Of a stretch of 64,000 bases of DNA, positions 62,459 through 64,000 are shown in pieces. The position numbers and the translations under genes are program-made. The notes below the pieces were generated by a model. It made no database searches. It had not been told where the DNA came from and saw only the letters and a list, made by a program, of their open reading frames with translations. The first letter of the stretch is position 1; every line of letters begins with the position of its first letter. Where the stretch lies: contig OZ024742.1 of assembly GCA_964016885.1 (NCBI GenBank), forward strand, positions 251,162,001 through 251,226,000, written 5' to 3'. Source of the DNA: Eledone cirrhosa (lineage: Eukaryota).

Positions 62459-64000
62459 CTTCTTCCTGCTTTTTCAAGCGTTAACCTAATATATTCCTTC
62501 CATATACTGTACCAATTGTGTTGTTATTTCTGTTTACCTTTTACATATATATATGTGTGTGAGTGCTGATATGGCTGTATGGTTAAGGAGTCTGCATCAC
62601 AATTATACACAATCGACAGCTAGTGGTTATGTCTTGGAAGCTGCTACAGTGCAGGTGAGGTTGTAAAGATTAAAGTAACAAAATCAAGTGAAGAACGAGG
62701 GAGGTGAGGTTGAGTGAAGAACAGGGAGAAAAACAAGAATCAGAAATAATGTTACCTTAGAAATATTTATGAGCTCCTATATATTTAAGAGATACCATCT
62801 ATTATCAGGGAATCAATTGGGAACCTTGAAGAACCCCACTCGGAGGCATACAAGGTCCTTTTCAACATATATACATACGTACAAGTGTGAGTGTGTGTGT
62901 GTGTGTGTGAGACTGTATATCTGAGTGTGTTTATGTCCAATAACTTAGTGATTAAATAAAAAGAAATCAATAAAATAAGTATCAAACTTGAAATGAAAAT
63001 TGAAAAAAGTACTGGGGTCAGTAGTGGTTATTAGGCAGTGCCCCAGCATGGTCACAGTCTAATAACCAAAACCACTCACATAATAGGTTTCTGTGTGAAA
63101 ATGGAGCAGTGGAGAAGAAATTGGTAGGGGTAGTTAGTTATTAACCCTTTAAATATCAAACCACATGAAACTGTTCTGGGTTCTATGATACAATACTGTT
63201 TGTTTTAAAGTATTTATGGTTATCTAAAAGCTTTCCATTATAATTTTATGTAAGAACCTTTGTTCTGTTACATTCCAAACACCAACTTAATAATTGTTTC
63301 TACTTTTTGGCACAAGGCCAGCAATTACCCAGTACATTACTGGTACTTTATTTTATCGACCCCGTAAGGAAATAATGACAAATAAGTTTGGCGAATTCTT
63401 AATTTTTTTTTTTTCATCATTTGAAATATATACAGGATTTTTAAAAATTAGAAATAAGGTAATGAAAGAGTTAACGAAGTGGTGGTGGTAGTGGTAGTGG
63501 TGGGTCAATAGAAATTGTAAAGAAGAGAGAAAAGAAAAGATAGGTAGATATTTTGAATACTGTCAATTAATCATCATTAGTGAGTTACTAGTTTAAATGG
63601 TTTATGTGTCTACTTTCTCAGATTTGCACCATTTACGAGATTTATCCATTTTACTATTGATTAAACATATATACTATAGTACTACAGTACATTATATAAA
63701 GTACTGTAGTACTATATTTACTGATTTAAAGTACTGTAGTACTATTCTGATATAAGAACTATAGCATATGTACTATAGTATATATATACTGTAGAACTAT
63801 ATATACTATAGTATATTATATATTACAGTATATTATATACTATAGTATATTTATTGTAACAGTATATTACTACATGAACTAAAGTATATATACTTTAGCA
63901 CTATATGTATTATACTTTAGCACATATATATATAAAGAAAAACAGGCCCTTAAATATATTTTCCGTGCTATTTCCAATTTCACCTTTTCTCTATAACCAC

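Noticed and set aside
62750-62870. Candidate upstream exon
   Set aside because: No convincing acceptor or start context and no recognisable protein similarity

Overview
AT-rich, microsatellite- and transposon-dense animal genomic DNA. The repeat landscape (tRNA-derived CORE-type and Meta-type SINEs, RTE LINEs, (GAT)n/(TA)n tracts) suggests a cephalopod, probably Octopus; this is inference. The window is dominated by one spliced minus-strand gene. I reconstructed 23 exons by hand (49557 down to 1, about 3.7 kb coding, about 1,237 codons, GT-AG sites, phases compatible throughout). It encodes a TRPM-superfamily channel: SLOG/MHR N-terminus, S1-S6 and a WKFQRY TRP box. Its transmembrane region looks like the ced-11/TRPS (soromelastatin) branch rather than canonical TRPM. 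The start exon was not found and the gene runs off the left edge. Introns hold RTE, CRE-like and R4/Dong-like non-LTR fragments, mariner and DD37D transposons, MITEs, SINEs and many long fold-back elements, several in or next to (TA)n tracts. Several of these carry minimal hammerhead-ribozyme motifs, one with a complete consensus at 59489-59556 (-). One hairpin encloses a full tRNA-like cloverleaf (18795-18866). A 27-nt frame-preserving microexon lies in the pore turret. Repeat-family names come from motif recall, not database searches, and repeat boundaries are approximate.
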